Assembly (NCBI RefSeq): GCF_009914755.1
Contig: NC_060930.1
Direction: 5' to 3' (one strand)
Length of the DNA stretch: 64,000 bases
From: the human T2T-CHM13v2.0 reference genome, Homo sapiens
In this document: positions 41,251 through 54,464 of the stretch, piece after piece
How positions within the stretch are numbered: position 1 is the first letter of the stretch
Layout of the letters: each line of letters opens with the position of its first letter
The notes under the pieces: generated by a model
What the model was told of the DNA's origin: nothing
Seen by the model: the letters and a program-made list of their open reading frames with translations, nothing else
Database searches by the model: none
Translations under genes and position numbers: made by a program

Positions 41251-41639
41251 ATGCTCAATCTCAATTAATGGGAGAACCAAATGAATTATTGCATTGTTCT
41301 TATAACTATGATATGTACTAAAAATGAAAGAATCACATCTCCAAACCTCGATATCTTTTCTGGTTGAACCCTTTGCCTCCTAGCACAGACAATTCCCTGA
41401 AAAGAGGTGTGACATACCATAGGACTCTCTCTTCTTGAAGCACATGAATGTTTTACCAGAGACGTGGGAACATGATTGCATTGTGACAGAACATGTGAGA
41501 TGGGAGTTAATGAATCAATTCATTCCTCTTTTATTTGAAGCACAGTCTTGAGTCACAGTTCGTATGACTGCTTATGGTTGGTCCTATGAGATGGAGAACT
41601 ATATCTCTCAAGTATCTACCATAAGGAGTTTAGAAATAA

Positions 41640-42450
41640 TACATTTTTAGTAATGTGGAGAGGAAGAAAAGTCAGTAAAGAGGTCAACAAAGTCACATTC
41701 AGTGTCAGGAAGAGACCCAGGAGACAGCATCAAGAAAGGAAGTAAATGAAAGTTAAAGAAGTGGATAATTCATCTGGCTAAAAATTTAAAAATGCTGTAT
41801 TATTTTCAGAAAGACAGTTATGATGAGTATTAGATGAAGACACAGAATAAAGGGATAGTTTTTAGAAAACTGTAATAACTTAAATGGTTTCATAGGATGA
41901 GGGCAAAATTTCAAAGGAGAGAGAAGAGAAATAATTGTTGAAGAGTCAGAAGAGAATATGGGCTTTGCTAAAGGTGGTAGGTTAGGCTTAGGGAGAAGTC
42001 TCACTGTCTGAAACAGACAAGAAAGGCAGTATCAAGAGGGCAAAGATAGAATGCAGCAGCCCTGAAGTATAGTTAGAGTAGCTCATGGTTAGTAGACTTT
42101 TATATTTTCTTGCAAAGTCGTGGAAGAACAGTGGTGGGAGTAGGAGGGCTTTGAGATTCTGAGAAGTATAGTGAAGTTATGGGGGTCCCGTTTTGGGTAG
42201 TGAGAAGAGAAGTTGAACAGAGAACATTTGAATAATGGCTGTGAGGTGATCAGGGTCCAAGCATCTTCTGCAGCAGCATGCAGCAACAAGGTGTAGAAGA
42301 CAGGAAGTTGAATCAACTCAAGGTTACAGATTTTCAGAGTTGGCTGGACAAGGGTATTGAAAATACTGGTAAGAAAGTAGTTGAAATTTATAACCAGTGG
42401 TTACAGGGCTGCGCTGAAAATGAATTGTGTATTTGTGCTATATCTTCTCC
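41640..42450 (-). mobile_element. L2 relic
   Basis: Purine-rich degenerate L2 antisense phrases (ggagaggaagaaaagtcagtaaagagg...gacccaggagacagc). Confidence 0.45.
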
Positions 42451-43954
42451 TCGACAGAAGAGGCAATCTATGTGTGTTATAAATGCAGATATAATCAACA
42501 TCGTTTGACATGATGCCTAAAAGTTAGATGTAATCATGGAATACAGATGATACTATGAAAGTCAAAACTAAACCAAACAAGTATTGGCCATTGCCCCTTT
42601 CCTAAAATATGAACCACTTTCAAAACAAGATATAATACGAATCATACAAAATTTTCTTTACTATTTAAAAATATATTTTTAGATAATTTTACATATGTAA
42701 ATGTGTGAAATTTTTTGCAGTTTTTTGATTATGGTGAGAGAAAATGTGTGCATGTGTGTGCATATGCTTGTGTGCGTACACATCCATGTTCAGACACCAT
42801 AATTATGATCTGAAGATCTGTTATAACCTATGCATGGGTCATAGGTTCTAGCCTGCTGGATTGGGGAATGATGAGTGTTGCTGCTGTGAGCCTTTCCTGT
42901 GACACAAGACGGAGCTCTGGTTACATCTCTGCTAGACCTACTGTAACAGAAGCAAAAGCAGTTTCTCATTCACAATGGTTCACAGCTGGAATCTTGTTTC
43001 TAGTGTCAGCCTGCTCCTCTGGACTTGAATTTCTTGAGATTGGACTAGAAGGCCGTCTGTTCTGTTTTATAGTCTGTTTAATCAGTTGCTGTTTTGAACA
43101 TAACAATCTTCTGTTATTGGAAAGAATGATTTGTCCTTTGGTAATTTGTTTTGATTTCGATTTTCTTTCAATTTAAAAATAAAAATAAAAAAGAAGTATT
43201 ATAAATAATTTGTATTATGTGTATGACAGAAAAAATTGTTCATTTTAATCTTTTTAAATAACAAAAATAATTTCATTGGAATATCTTTATCTAAAATTCA
43301 TGTTATTAAGAAACAGGAGAAAATTACAGGGTTGAAATGTATCAGTTTTTTAAAATATGAAGATTATAAAAACCTGTTGTTGCCTGTTTTTCTAACCAAT
43401 AGCTTCCTTTTAGTAAAACAACTTAGGTGTTAAGAGATTATATTTTAAGAGCAATAGTAAAAATAACATTCACAACTTAGTCACAAAATAAATCCAAATA
43501 TTACTTTTTATAATTTATTCCTATATATTTCATCTTCCAAATAATTTCTGCTTTGCATTTAATACATCAAGGGTATTAAAAAAGTGATTTGTTATACACA
43601 CACACATACATGCACATATATACATATGAAATTTCTATCATAGTCTTAGATATCAGAAAAATTTTTTAATGCACTGTATGACTTGATTTTTTTTTCAGAA
43701 ACATGAAATCATACCAAAGTGAGAATTTTTGACTTCGTTTCAGCTCTGATTTCTAGTTTCAAGTCTTCTACCAGCTATATGACTTGAAGATACTATTTGA
43801 TATGTTCAGTTACTTCGTCTGAAGAATTGACATGCCATTTTAACCTGAAATACAGGAGCTCAATATTTTTCTACAAAAAGGACAATTGCTGTCTATAAAT
43901 TCAACATTCTTTTCTTGGTTATCATATTAATGGTACTTTAGAAATGTGATACAT

Positions 43955-44262
43955 GGCCGGGCACGGTGGCTCACACCTATAATCCCAGCACTTTGGGAAG
44001 CCGAGGTGCGAGGTGGGCGGATCACGAGGTCGAGATTGAGGCCATCCTGGCCAACATGCTGAAACCCCGTCTGTACTAAAAATACAAAAATCAGCTGGGT
44101 GTGGTGGCATGTGCCTGTAGTACTAGCTACTCGGGAAGCTGAGGCAGGAGAATCGCTTGAACCTAGGAGGTGGAGGTTGCAGTGAGCCGACATTGCGCAT
44201 TGCGCCACTGTACTCCAGCCTGGCGACAGAGCGAGACTCAAAAAAAAAAAAAAAAAAAAAAA
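43955..44262 (+). mobile_element. AluSc-like with two 7-bp tandem duplications
   Basis: ggccgggcacggtggctcac...cctggcgacagagcgagactc followed by A23. Degenerate TSD aaatgtgatacat/aaaagtcatacgt. Confidence 0.95.
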
Positions 44263-44789
44263 GTCATACGTTTAATCTTTCCTGAAATTCCCTTCCATAG
44301 CTGCTGGCTGTACAAACAGTTCCTCTTTGCAAATGAACTTCATTAGAACCCATAACTGTGCTCCTCTGGTCCACTTTCCCTTTACTTTCCCTTTTACTAA
44401 CTCCTCTTCTTTCCCTTGCGCTGCTTCTGAGTGTCTCCATGACATTACCCTTGGCACAACTGGATTCACCATGTCGTCTTCTTCTATATCTTCATTACCT
44501 CTTAATGGATAACTTTCAAATTTTATTTCCATCTATAGCCTCTTGCCTGATATACATTTCCTGTTACAATACTATTCAAAGACTTTGTAATGTGAAAGTA
44601 TATAAAATTGAATAATTTATCCAAAGATGATATCATCTTATTCCCTCCAAAGGAGGCTCTTCTTTAGATCCTCAACAGCTCTGTACTTGGTCTCATCACT
44701 TATCCAAGCTCTTTCCAGAGCTGAAAAACCTGAAGTTAACTTTTCCTTTTCTTTCCACTTCTTTCTTTAGCTTTACTCTAAATCATGAT

Positions 44790-45089
44790 GTTTTCGTTTC
44801 AGGAACAGGGTCTCACTGTGTCACCCAGACTGGAGTGCAGTGATTTGATCATAGCTCACTGTAACCTCAAACTCCTGTGGATTTAAGCAATCCTCCTGCC
44901 TCAGTCTGCCAAGTAGCTAGGACTGCAGGCACATGTCACCACACCCAGCTAATTTTTTTTTTCTTTAATTTGTAGAGACATGGCATCATTAAGTTGCCCA
45001 GGCTAGTCTTAAACTCTTGGCCTCAGAGGATTCTCCTGCCTTGGCCTCCCAAAGTGTTGGGATTACAGGCATGAGCCACCATGCCTGAC
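44790..45089 (-). mobile_element. AluJ
   Basis: cagggtctcactgtgtcacccag...gatcatagctcactgtaacctcaaactcc...gcaatcctcctgcctcag are J-type positions. Confidence 0.92.
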
Positions 45090-45664
45090 AGTAGTTTTAT
45101 TTACAATACCCCAGGAAGTTGGCAAAGTAGATTTGGAACTTGAGAAGAATGACTAATGATCCACGACTGGGGAAGAGAGCAAATAGAAAGAACTGAGTGC
45201 TGAACACATGGCACTCTAAAGCTCACAAACATCCTTGGAAGAGGTCAAGTGGCCATGGGACATAATAAAGAAAAATAAAAAGGAAACATAAATAACTGGG
45301 GTCATACAATGTCATGGTAGTTCAGAGAAAAGAAATAGAGCAATATTGGGGATTTTCAGATCAATCTACCAAGATTATATAGGAAGACTGCAGAAGGGTG
45401 TAGCTGTAGTAAGGAAGAGAATGAAGGGAATGATTATACTTTGTTTTGTTGATGTAAATTACAATAATACATTTTTTAATGTTATATCATCTTTACATTT
45501 CTAGTTTTACTGGATAGGTGTTGCTTTTTTAACTACCTAGTGTCTGAAACTCTTTATAATATTTGACTCTCTTACTCTTTTCTGCAAGTTTTTATAAAAT
45601 GGTATTTGCTTGACATTTTAATAGAACTTAACTGTATTTTACATTGCCTGAGGTGGAGGTAGGC

Positions 45665-46190
45665 TGAATAATTTACTGAGATTTGTTGAGGCTTCTTGAA
45701 ACAAAATAGACAAATATCTTTGCTCAAGGAGCTTACATACTAGGGGAAGGAGCCAGCAAATAAATAATAAATAGAATGAACAATAAATGATATAGTATGC
45801 TTGAAGACTGAGGGACATTGGTGGTACTGTGGGTAGCAGATTACCACATTAAATAAGCTCGTCAGTGTAGGCCTGATTGAGAAGCAGAAATTTGAGCAAT
45901 GACCTGAGGAAATGAGGGTGTTAGCCAAACATCTGTCTGAGTGATGAGATGTCCAGCCAGAATGAACAGCTAGGAAAAAAAATACACCAATACAAACTGT
46001 GTTGGAGTGGTTCAAGGATTAGCAAGAAGCCTGCATGGTTGGAAAAGGTAGCAAAGAGGAGAGCAGTGGGAGATTGTGTGGTGGGAGGCTGTATTGTGAA
46101 AGGCCTTGTGGGCCATTAAAGAACTAGGCTTTTATTTGTAATGTGATATAGAGCTTCAAAGAAGGTTTTAGACAAAGAACTGGTAAATGA
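45665..46190 (-). mobile_element. L2 3' region
   Basis: aaaatagacaaatatctttgctcaaggagcttaca...tttgagcaatgacctgagga...ggccttgtgggccattaaagaact. Confidence 0.75.
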
Positions 46191-48768
46191 ATCTTGTTTA
46201 GAAAAAAGTTTTTCCAAGTATAACATGTACACAGAAATATGCATAGTCAAGGGTTTACCTCAATGAACTATCATGAATTGAACATGCCCACATTGGGTCA
46301 TGTCCCATAACACCAAGGTAAGGAGCTAGATGTTAACAACCAATGTAGGAGTTGACTTATACCCTTTTCCAATTATTACTTGCCTTATATTTTCTGTCAG
46401 ACAACTGAGTCTTGCTATAACTGAAGCTGTTAGGTAGGATGCATGAGTTCCGTATTTCATGGAATTCCTTAATTACTATATAACCACATCTAGTTCAAGC
46501 CAGGAGGAGCAGCAAAACCATTTGTTTTTCTATCCAAAGATTTCCTACACAGTCTTACCCAGTAGTGTTGATTTATGGCAAACTCTAATCCCTACAACTT
46601 ATATTATTCATATGATACTATTCTATTATTTGGGCAATATTAACTTATTTTCTACACACAGAATTGACTTTCTAAATTATATTTAGGGAAATTCACTCTG
46701 TTTCAATTATTCCCAAATGCTGGGCTACTTTTTTATTCTCATGGCATACTTGCATTTCCACCTGTCTAAACTTCATGCTATATCCCTAATAAGCTTGGAA
46801 AATTGAGTTACATCATCTGCTTAGTTTCTAGATATTAGACTTGAGACATATAACTCCACAATAATAATATTGTAGAAAACATGGGTGTTATAGCAGACAT
46901 GACTTGCTGCCATTCTTCTAGGTCCTTTGGATACTTTTTTGAAAATGTGACTTTTTGCTATAATCAGTTTCTCAATTTTTAAAAATCAATAATTCTCCTT
47001 TGTGAACTTCTCAGGGGAAAACACTGTATGTGTTATTTTATCTTTATTTTACCTTATTACTTTGAAATTGGTAGACAGCTTATTATTAGTTCACTAGTCT
47101 TGAAGGAATTAATGTCTAAAGGAGAAAATTCAGATACATGTATAAATTTGATCTCGGTTGCAGTATCAGATGTAGAAAATTACTTTTTTCTACTTTGGCT
47201 TTTAGTAAAGAGGTCTTGGATTTTAGAATGATAAATCTTTATGAGATTAAATATAGAAGCCTTTTAGGAGTGCCTACTATAGGGAAGGTACTTGGCACAT
47301 AATAAGGTGAATAATAATAAGGTGAATAATAGAGTCCACGGCCTCAAGTAAATTAGAGACTACCTCACTGGGGCAAAACAATTTTAACTTTAAAAATGTG
47401 TGAATAAAATCTCTTAGTGATTATTTTGAGAAGCCTTTGATTATTTGGAGGACTGAGTAGTTCAATTACCAAAAAATAAAACCTACTTATTTTTACATGC
47501 ATACACAATACCCCTGCTTACAATAATACATGTAAATCCCCAGACATTCATAAAAACACACATCTGAAAATCTTTAGATTAAAACGCGTATGTCAGGGTT
47601 GTTCTGGAATTGTGTTTTGGAGCGGAATTCTTAGAATTATTCATTTTAGAATTGAAAGAACTATTGACGTCACTTGATTTAACTCTTTGTTTCCCACATA
47701 GTAAAACAGAGCCAAAGGGTTAAATGACTTGCCACTTGCATATGGTTACCCATATGGTTTGAGAGAGAATTCCTTAAAGCTCTGGTTCTGATTTAATCAA
47801 GATACTCCCTACTCTTTCTATTCTGCTTAATTTCCCTCTGTAGCAATGTGGAAAACACACAAAAATTACCTTGGAAGAAACTTAAAGCTTTTGCCATTCT
47901 TTCTTTTGCAAATACATGAGATTATACAATTAACATTTGAACTTTTCTACTTTCCTTGTTTTTCCTTCTGTGACTCCTTGCACTAGTTGAGTTTTATTTT
48001 TTCTGAGATTATACTTCAATATGATTCAGTTTCAGTGTGACCTTGAAGCTAAGACTAGTTTGCTTCTTCAGAAAGCTAAGCAAATATGACTCTGGGAGGC
48101 ATGAGAATAATACACAAGGAAAAGGACAAAGATAACTTCTCTAGAGGTTGAGTCTTAAATTATCCTGATATAGAAATTCAAAAACATGTTAAGACTACTT
48201 TAAGGTTACTGAAAAATTTATGGTTTTATGTGTACTGGAGTACAATGTAGTGTATAAACACAGTTTAACTCTATTCAAACACAGTTAAGCCTTTGATATA
48301 GATTGGGGATGACTCCCCAGAACACACTCATTCCAGTTCTTTACCAGGTTCAGCCCATGGGAGTTAAGTTTCCCTGCAGCCTTCCCTGAAGTAAGTGAGT
48401 TGCATATACAAAGCCCATCTGATACACAGTAGCCATCACTTCCTTCTGTATTGAGCAATATTGACCACTATCAAAAATTCCAGCAAGCCAGAAAGGAAGA
48501 GATAGAGTAGAAAGTGATAAAGGAAGAAAGCTAAAATTGGATAGAAGAAAGATACCTGAGTAACATGACCTGGGTTAACAAATCATTAGCATTAAATAAA
48601 TCACATCAGTGGAGAGGAAAAACACTTTGAACCTCTTAGAGTGGTTTAATTTCCAGGTAGTCGTAGGTGGCAAGAACCTGAGTTAAGCTTTACAGAACAT
48701 CCAGAATAATAGGACAATATGAAACATGCAAAGTTCCCAAATATGCCAGACTGCGACACTGCAATACT

Positions 48769-48806
<38 letters not shown>

Positions 48807-49039
48807 TATATTTAATTTCAAGAATATCATTCACAGAATATGGATGAGCAGAATTTATGTCTGAAACAGATGTTTTAAGAAAAGATGCTATTAGTTTGCT
48901 TTAACTCTGTGCTTTGTAGTGTATAGAAGCAAAACGAGAAAATGTTAGTTTTGTTAATCTGGTGAAATTAAGATAGTTGTCCCTAGAAAGAGACATGCTT
49001 TTGATTGTGATAATTAGGTTAGACTGCATGAGTGAACAA

Positions 49040-49550
49040 AAATAATTCTAAACAAGAGGGATGTTTTGTTACTAGTCAAATACCACCTGGAATCTTGCAT
49101 TTGGCTCTAGGAAAGAAAATGAAACACTCAAAATCCTGGAGAAATTTCTATATGGCAGTAATGAGAATGTAAAACCATATCATGTGGGAAAGAAAATGGG
49201 AATGTTTAGCAAAAGGAACATAAAATATAATGAGAGAATAGAGAGATGTCTTCAGAAATTTGAAGGTTGGATGTGGGAAATGGAATTAAACTAGTTAAAT
49301 ATAACCTCAAAGTGTAGAACCAGGATATGAAAGTAACAGGGAAAGTGATTGATGCTGAACATGAAGAAGATGATCTACAAATCAGCTATGTAAAACTGGA
49401 ATTAGTTGCTCTGGGAAGTTGTAAATTTACTTTTACTGTGGTTATTCAAGAGCGAGTTGGATAACTACTTGGTGGGAATATGTTAGAAAGAATTCAAGCA
49501 TCAAATGGGGATAAGGACTAAAAAAGAAGTACAATCTCTTTTCATCTTAA
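49040..49550 (+). mobile_element. L3/CR1 3' relic
   Basis: accacctggaatcttgcatttggctct...gtcttcagaaatttgaaggtt...attcaagagcgagttggataactacttg resembles the CR1 3' end. Confidence 0.6.
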
Positions 49551-49994
49551 ATGCTATTTCAAAAATTCATGAGCATGAGAGCTGGACCATTAACTCCCTA
49601 CAAAGAATTGTCTGTTCCTGATTAGTCTATTTATATGCCACAGTCCAAAGAACATAAAAGATGCATTTTGTACAGCCATTGAACTATGCATAGAGGAACA
49701 CCTGAAACTTTCAAATAAATTATGTGGTTGCTTTTAGAGTCATTAATTATGAACAAACTTAAATATTGTTTGGCTCTTCTTTCTAAACTTGTGTGTGTGT
49801 GTGTGTGTGTGTTTGAAACAGCTGATCTACAATGATTTCTTGAGTGCTTAATCAACATCGCATTTTACTGTGTATTATGTGTTTTCAAAGGTTTATAGAC
49901 ATAGTTTCTTAACCCAGTGGGTTTATGGTACCCTTTAGCCCTTTTTTTCTTGTCATTTCTCTTTCCTCTCTATATTGCTTTACTCCAAACATCT

Positions 49995-50185
49995 AGGCAC
50001 AGATTTCAGTACAAGTTTTGCCACTTATTAGTTGGAGGATCTTGGTCAAATTACTAATCTCATCAAGATTTACTTTCCACATTTGAAAGTTAATAATAGA
50101 AACAACTGCATAGTGAGGACTAAGTGAGATTATGAACATAGTTATTGGCATATAGTAAGTGTTCATCCAATATTATTTATTTTAT
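49995..50185 (+). mobile_element. MIR
   Basis: ttttgccacttattagttggaggatcttggtcaaattact...gtgaggactaagtgaga...ttggcatatagtaagtgttca. Confidence 0.75.
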
Positions 50186-50744
50186 TAGTTCTTGAACTCA
50201 CTCTCATTTCTACACTTATAGTCTCTGATTAAATCCTTCTTACTGAAGGTTCATTGAAACCCCTGACAAATCACTACTCTCTACCACATTGCCATTATCC
50301 TTCTTATTCTGCAGTTGTCCTACTTTTATTGAGAAAAGATGGGCTTTCCACTTCAGTTTGAACCTCTACATCCTTGCCCTCACTGTCACTTCTTACTCTT
50401 ACAGAGGGAGATGGAAGAATCTGTTCCATAATGTTGTAGAGTTTTAGGTCTGGTAAACACTTGGGTCTGGTAAAGACTTTTTCCAGGCAACCTACACGTT
50501 TTGAGATAAGGAGCCTGGGATACAGAGACAGGGTTTGACCTCTTTACTATGATATAACAATTACTTCATAGGAGCAAGATAATAGCATAATAGAGTGCTC
50601 TTTCTGCTATATAGCATCACATACCTCTAGCTCAAACAGTCACCCGTGAGATAGAGAGTATATACAGAAAAATGAAAAGAGCCAGAATTTGGCCTGTAGT
50701 CCTCAGTGTATAGGACAATGGCTTGGGTTAAAAAAAATCAAGGA

Positions 50745-50990
50745 AGAAGCTAATATATTTTGGGTGCCTCTTACATTCCAAACACTGAGAGAATTTCTTT
50801 ATATACATATACCAGGCTATTTAATCTTCAATAACAAAATAAAAATGTATAAAAACTATTATCCTTATTTTTCCAGTTGAGGAAATTGAGACTCAAAGAG
50901 ATTTTATTATTTTGTAAAAGTTAAATATGCAGCTAATAAATAGTAGTGGTACAATTTTAATTCATGTTTCTATGACTGTGAATCTCCACT
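50745..50990 (-). mobile_element. MIR
   Basis: tttaatcttcaataac...tattatccttatttttccagttgaggaaattgagactcaaagag. Confidence 0.7.
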
Positions 50991-51469
50991 GTTTTATTGT
51001 TTTTATGTTGATACTCACCTTTTCCAATCTTGGCCACTGTATAATTCTAGTTTTCTCAAGCATCTAAGACCACTTCTCCTAGAAATGTTCAAAATGTTTA
51101 AAGTCTCATTGCTACTGGGAGAAGAGCTGGTTATAGAAATTGCCTATATAGACTACTGCTTGTAGTCATTCCTGAATGTTGGGATGTCTAATTTCAACAA
51201 CTCATCACCAATATGCTTATTCCTGAGATTATTTCACAAGAAATTGGATCTTACTTGGAGAGATGGTGGTAAAATCTCAAAATCCCAAGAATATAGAGAA
51301 GCAATCAAAATCAGAGTGTGAGAGAGTGAAGGAACTCTTTCTATAGATATCAATAATTGTTCGGATATCAGACTTTTCATTAGAAAGTTCGAAAAATAAG
51401 AGACACTGGTGCAATACCTTCAAGTTATATGTTACTTATGCTTAGTGCAATATTGTTTTGTAATAGAAA

Positions 51470-51650
51470 AATTTATAAATCATTAACCTGCTCTCAGAGA
51501 AAAAAAAATCTGGTTTGTAGCAGTCTTTAATTTCTGTGGTGTAAATACTCCTAACACGGCTAATTTCAAGCTATCAACATGAATTTGCTGACCACAAAGT
51601 TGAAAGAGATGTGAACATATGTTTTTCTGTGAGTCAAGTACAAGTTATCT
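51470..51650 (+). mobile_element. MER63-like hAT-Blackjack element
   Basis: ctggtttgtagc...tttctgtggtgtaaatactcc...ggctaatttcaagctatcaacatga...gttgaaagagatgtg. Confidence 0.6.
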
Positions 51651-51809
51651 ATGCATACGCATATAGGTATACGCATAAAAAGAACACCTGGAAGAATATG
51701 CATAAAACTATTTATAGTGGTTTGCTCTAGAGACAAGAGTGGGTTTAAGATATGCCTAATGAAAAAGAACTTGTCCATTTTATTCTGCATATTTTTATAT
51801 CTTAAAAAA

Positions 51810-52380
51810 CTTTTTTGAAGTATGATATATACATGAAAAAGTACATATATAATAAAAGAATAGTTCTGTTTTCACAAACTGTACACGCCTATATAACTAC
51901 CCACATCTAGAAATACAGCATTATCATACCCACTCTTACCTCTATCGGTCATTATTCCTCAACCCCCCAGGAACAACTGTTATTCTGATTTCTAAAAGCA
52001 CACATCAACTTTGCTTGATTTTTGTAATTTACAAAAATGGTACATCATATATGTTATGGTAACTACCTCAACCAAATATTCAATGATAATATTAATTTTA
52101 ATTAATAATTATTAAATTATTCATTATTGATAATGATACAATGAACCTTTTTATGTATCATTCATTCCATTGTGTCAGACTTCTTTTATGCAATATTTTT
52201 GTGAGATTTGTTATTAAATATATCAATAAATACAACATATATTGTATAGACAATATAAACAGTAAACAATGTTGTTGGGTAGTTGAAGATTTTATTCTCA
52301 TTGCTGTATAGAATTTCATTATATGCCTATAACTCAATTTATTATTATTCCACTGTTGGTGCTCAAAATATTCCATAAAT
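51810..52380 (-). mobile_element. Ancient L1ME 3' fragments
   Basis: ttttgaagtatgatatatacatgaaaaagtac...tttcacaaactgtacac...attctcattgctgtatagaatttcattatatg. Confidence 0.6.
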
Positions 52381-52396
52381 GCAGACTAACTAGTAG

Positions 52397-53055
52397 TGAG
52401 AGGTGACAGCGTGCTGGCAGCCCTCGCAGACCTCGCTGGCTCTGGGTGCCTCCTCAGCCTCAGCACCCATTCTGGCCTCGCTTGAGGAGCCCTTCAGCCC
52501 GCTGCTGCACCATGGGACCCCTTCTCTGGGCTGGCCGAGGACGGAGCCGGCTCCCTGGGCTTGCGGGAAGGTGTGGAGGGAGAGGCACAGGTGGGAACCG
52601 GTGCTGCATGCAGCGCTTGCAGGCCAGCTAGAGTTCCAGGTGGGCATGGGCTTGGTGGCCCCGCACTAGCAGGGGCCGGCTGGCCCTGCTGGCCCCGGGC
52701 AGTGAGGGGCTTAGCACCCAGGCCAGCAGCTGCGGAGGGTGCGCCCCGTCCCCGCACTCACCGTGAAGGTCTGCAGCTTCACTCCTCAGCGGCGAGACCA
52801 CGAACCCACCAGGAGGATCCCAACTCCAGACGTGCCGCCTTAAGAGCTGTGACACTCACCGCGATGGTCTGCAGTTTCACTCCTGAGCCAGCGAGACCAC
52901 GAACCCACCAGAAGGAAGAAACTCCAAACACATCCGAACATCAGAAGGAACAAACTCCGGACACGCTGCCTTTAAGAACTGTAACACTCATCGCCAGGGT
53001 CCGCGGCTTCATTCTTGAAGTCAGTGAGACCAAGAACCCACCAATTCCGGACACA
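52397..53055 (+). mobile_element. LTR12 (ERV9) solo LTR with a large internal deletion
   Basis: Starts tgagaggtgacagcgtgctggcag and ends ccaattccggacaca, with 4-bp TSD gtag. The GC-rich U3 5' part is fused at ~52754 directly to U5 tandem repeats. Confidence 0.95.
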
Positions 53056-54167
53056 GTAGTACTTATTGCAATTAATCTTCTCCCTTTTTCCCCACCACTG
53101 CACTAACCTGCATACATCCACATAGATCGTGGGCTTCTCAGAGTCTCTGGAATAATTCTATTTATCTCACATCCTCTGGCAAGAACTGTGTGTTAGCTCT
53201 TCAGAGACATTATATAAGAGATTTTAAACCCTGGGTGCAGAGAATTGATAGAATTCAAGGAATGCCAGTACTTGAATGGAAGGAAAATGCAATCTTATCT
53301 TAGAAAATATAGATGCCACCTATTTTCTAAGAAATATTAAATATTACTATAGAATAACTAGATGAAGATGCAATTTTGACTTTGGGCAATTGAAGGACTA
53401 GTAAACTGTAATTCTTGTGGTTATACATTTTTAGATAAGTTATATACATAGGAGCTTTATATTTAGGCTTCAGTAAGAATTCAGCCATGACACTAGCGAG
53501 GAACAGCTTGGCGATTTCAATTGGCCAGTCAGCCTAATGGACTGACTGTTTTTAAGACTTTAATGAAAAGAGAGTTCAGGTAGCTGTGGAAATGTGTTGA
53601 TTACAGACTAGTGTTCACCTGTGTTACCTAGAGCCTGAATTAGCACTGCTTAAAGCCAACACACAAGAAAGGGTTTAGGTGAGTGTGAGAGCAGGAGAAC
53701 ACAATATTTAAATTAATTCCCTCCAGGAAAGATGACAGCTTCAATTCCTTGAGGGCTCAAGAAAGCCTCTAGCAGGAGATGGCTATGCCTGGTGGCCAGC
53801 ATTCTTAGCATAAGCAGCAAAGATGTAAATAGAAAGAGTGACAATCTGCCTTGTAAGAAAGATAAGAGAACACTGGTTCCACACATAAATCTGTCACTTC
53901 CAAAATCCCCACATATCTCCGTGGAGTCTTGGACGTGGCCATTGAGCTACTACTCTAAAGCACATGAGGTACCTGAGCCAGTGGCATTTAGCAATGGTAA
54001 TACTAATGTTAATATGCTCACAAATATACCCATAATCTGGTAAAGTTCTAATTATTTTTATTGCATCTTCACCTCACATTTAATGAAAAGTAAGTGGATG
54101 AAAGAGGAAATTCCAGAGGAAGTGTTGCAATTCCTGGAATACTAATAAGAATGCATGGGATGGGACG

Positions 54168-54464
54168 GGATGGGCGTGGTGGCTCATGCCTGTAATCCCA
54201 GCACCTTGGGAGACTGAGGCGGGAGAATCATCTGAAGTCAGGTGTTCGAGACCAACCTGGTCAACATGATGAAACCCTGTCTCTACTAAAAATACAAAAA
54301 TTAGCCAGGCATTGTGGCACATACCTGTAATCCTAGCTACTCAGGAGACTGAGGCAGGAGAATCTCTTGAATCTGGGAGGCAGAGATTGCAGTGAGCCAA
54401 GATCGTGTTACTGCACTGCAGCCTGCGCAATAGAGGAAGATTCTGTCTTTAAAAAAAAAAAAAA
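54168..54464 (+). mobile_element. AluS (Sx/Sz-like)
   Basis: Full Alu body and A14 tail. Confidence 0.93.

Noticed and set aside
42868-43176. 102-aa ORF in unique sequence, with a minus-strand acceptor-like site near 42943
   Set aside because: No recognisable protein family, the C-terminus drifts into low complexity, and I found no convincing matching donor.
47301-47331. Short tandem duplication aataaggtgaataat x2 (similar ones near 13111, 29588 and 50446)
   Set aside because: Ordinary slippage duplications with no further structure.
48338-48396. Acceptor/donor pair (ttaccag or ccctgcag ... gaa|gtaagt) suggesting a small exon
   Set aside because: No coding or neighbouring-exon support; such pairs arise by chance.
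52390-53106. GC-rich ORFs (up to 181 aa) and CpG-island-like composition
   Set aside because: Essentially confined to the LTR12 element; the ORFs reflect GC-richness.
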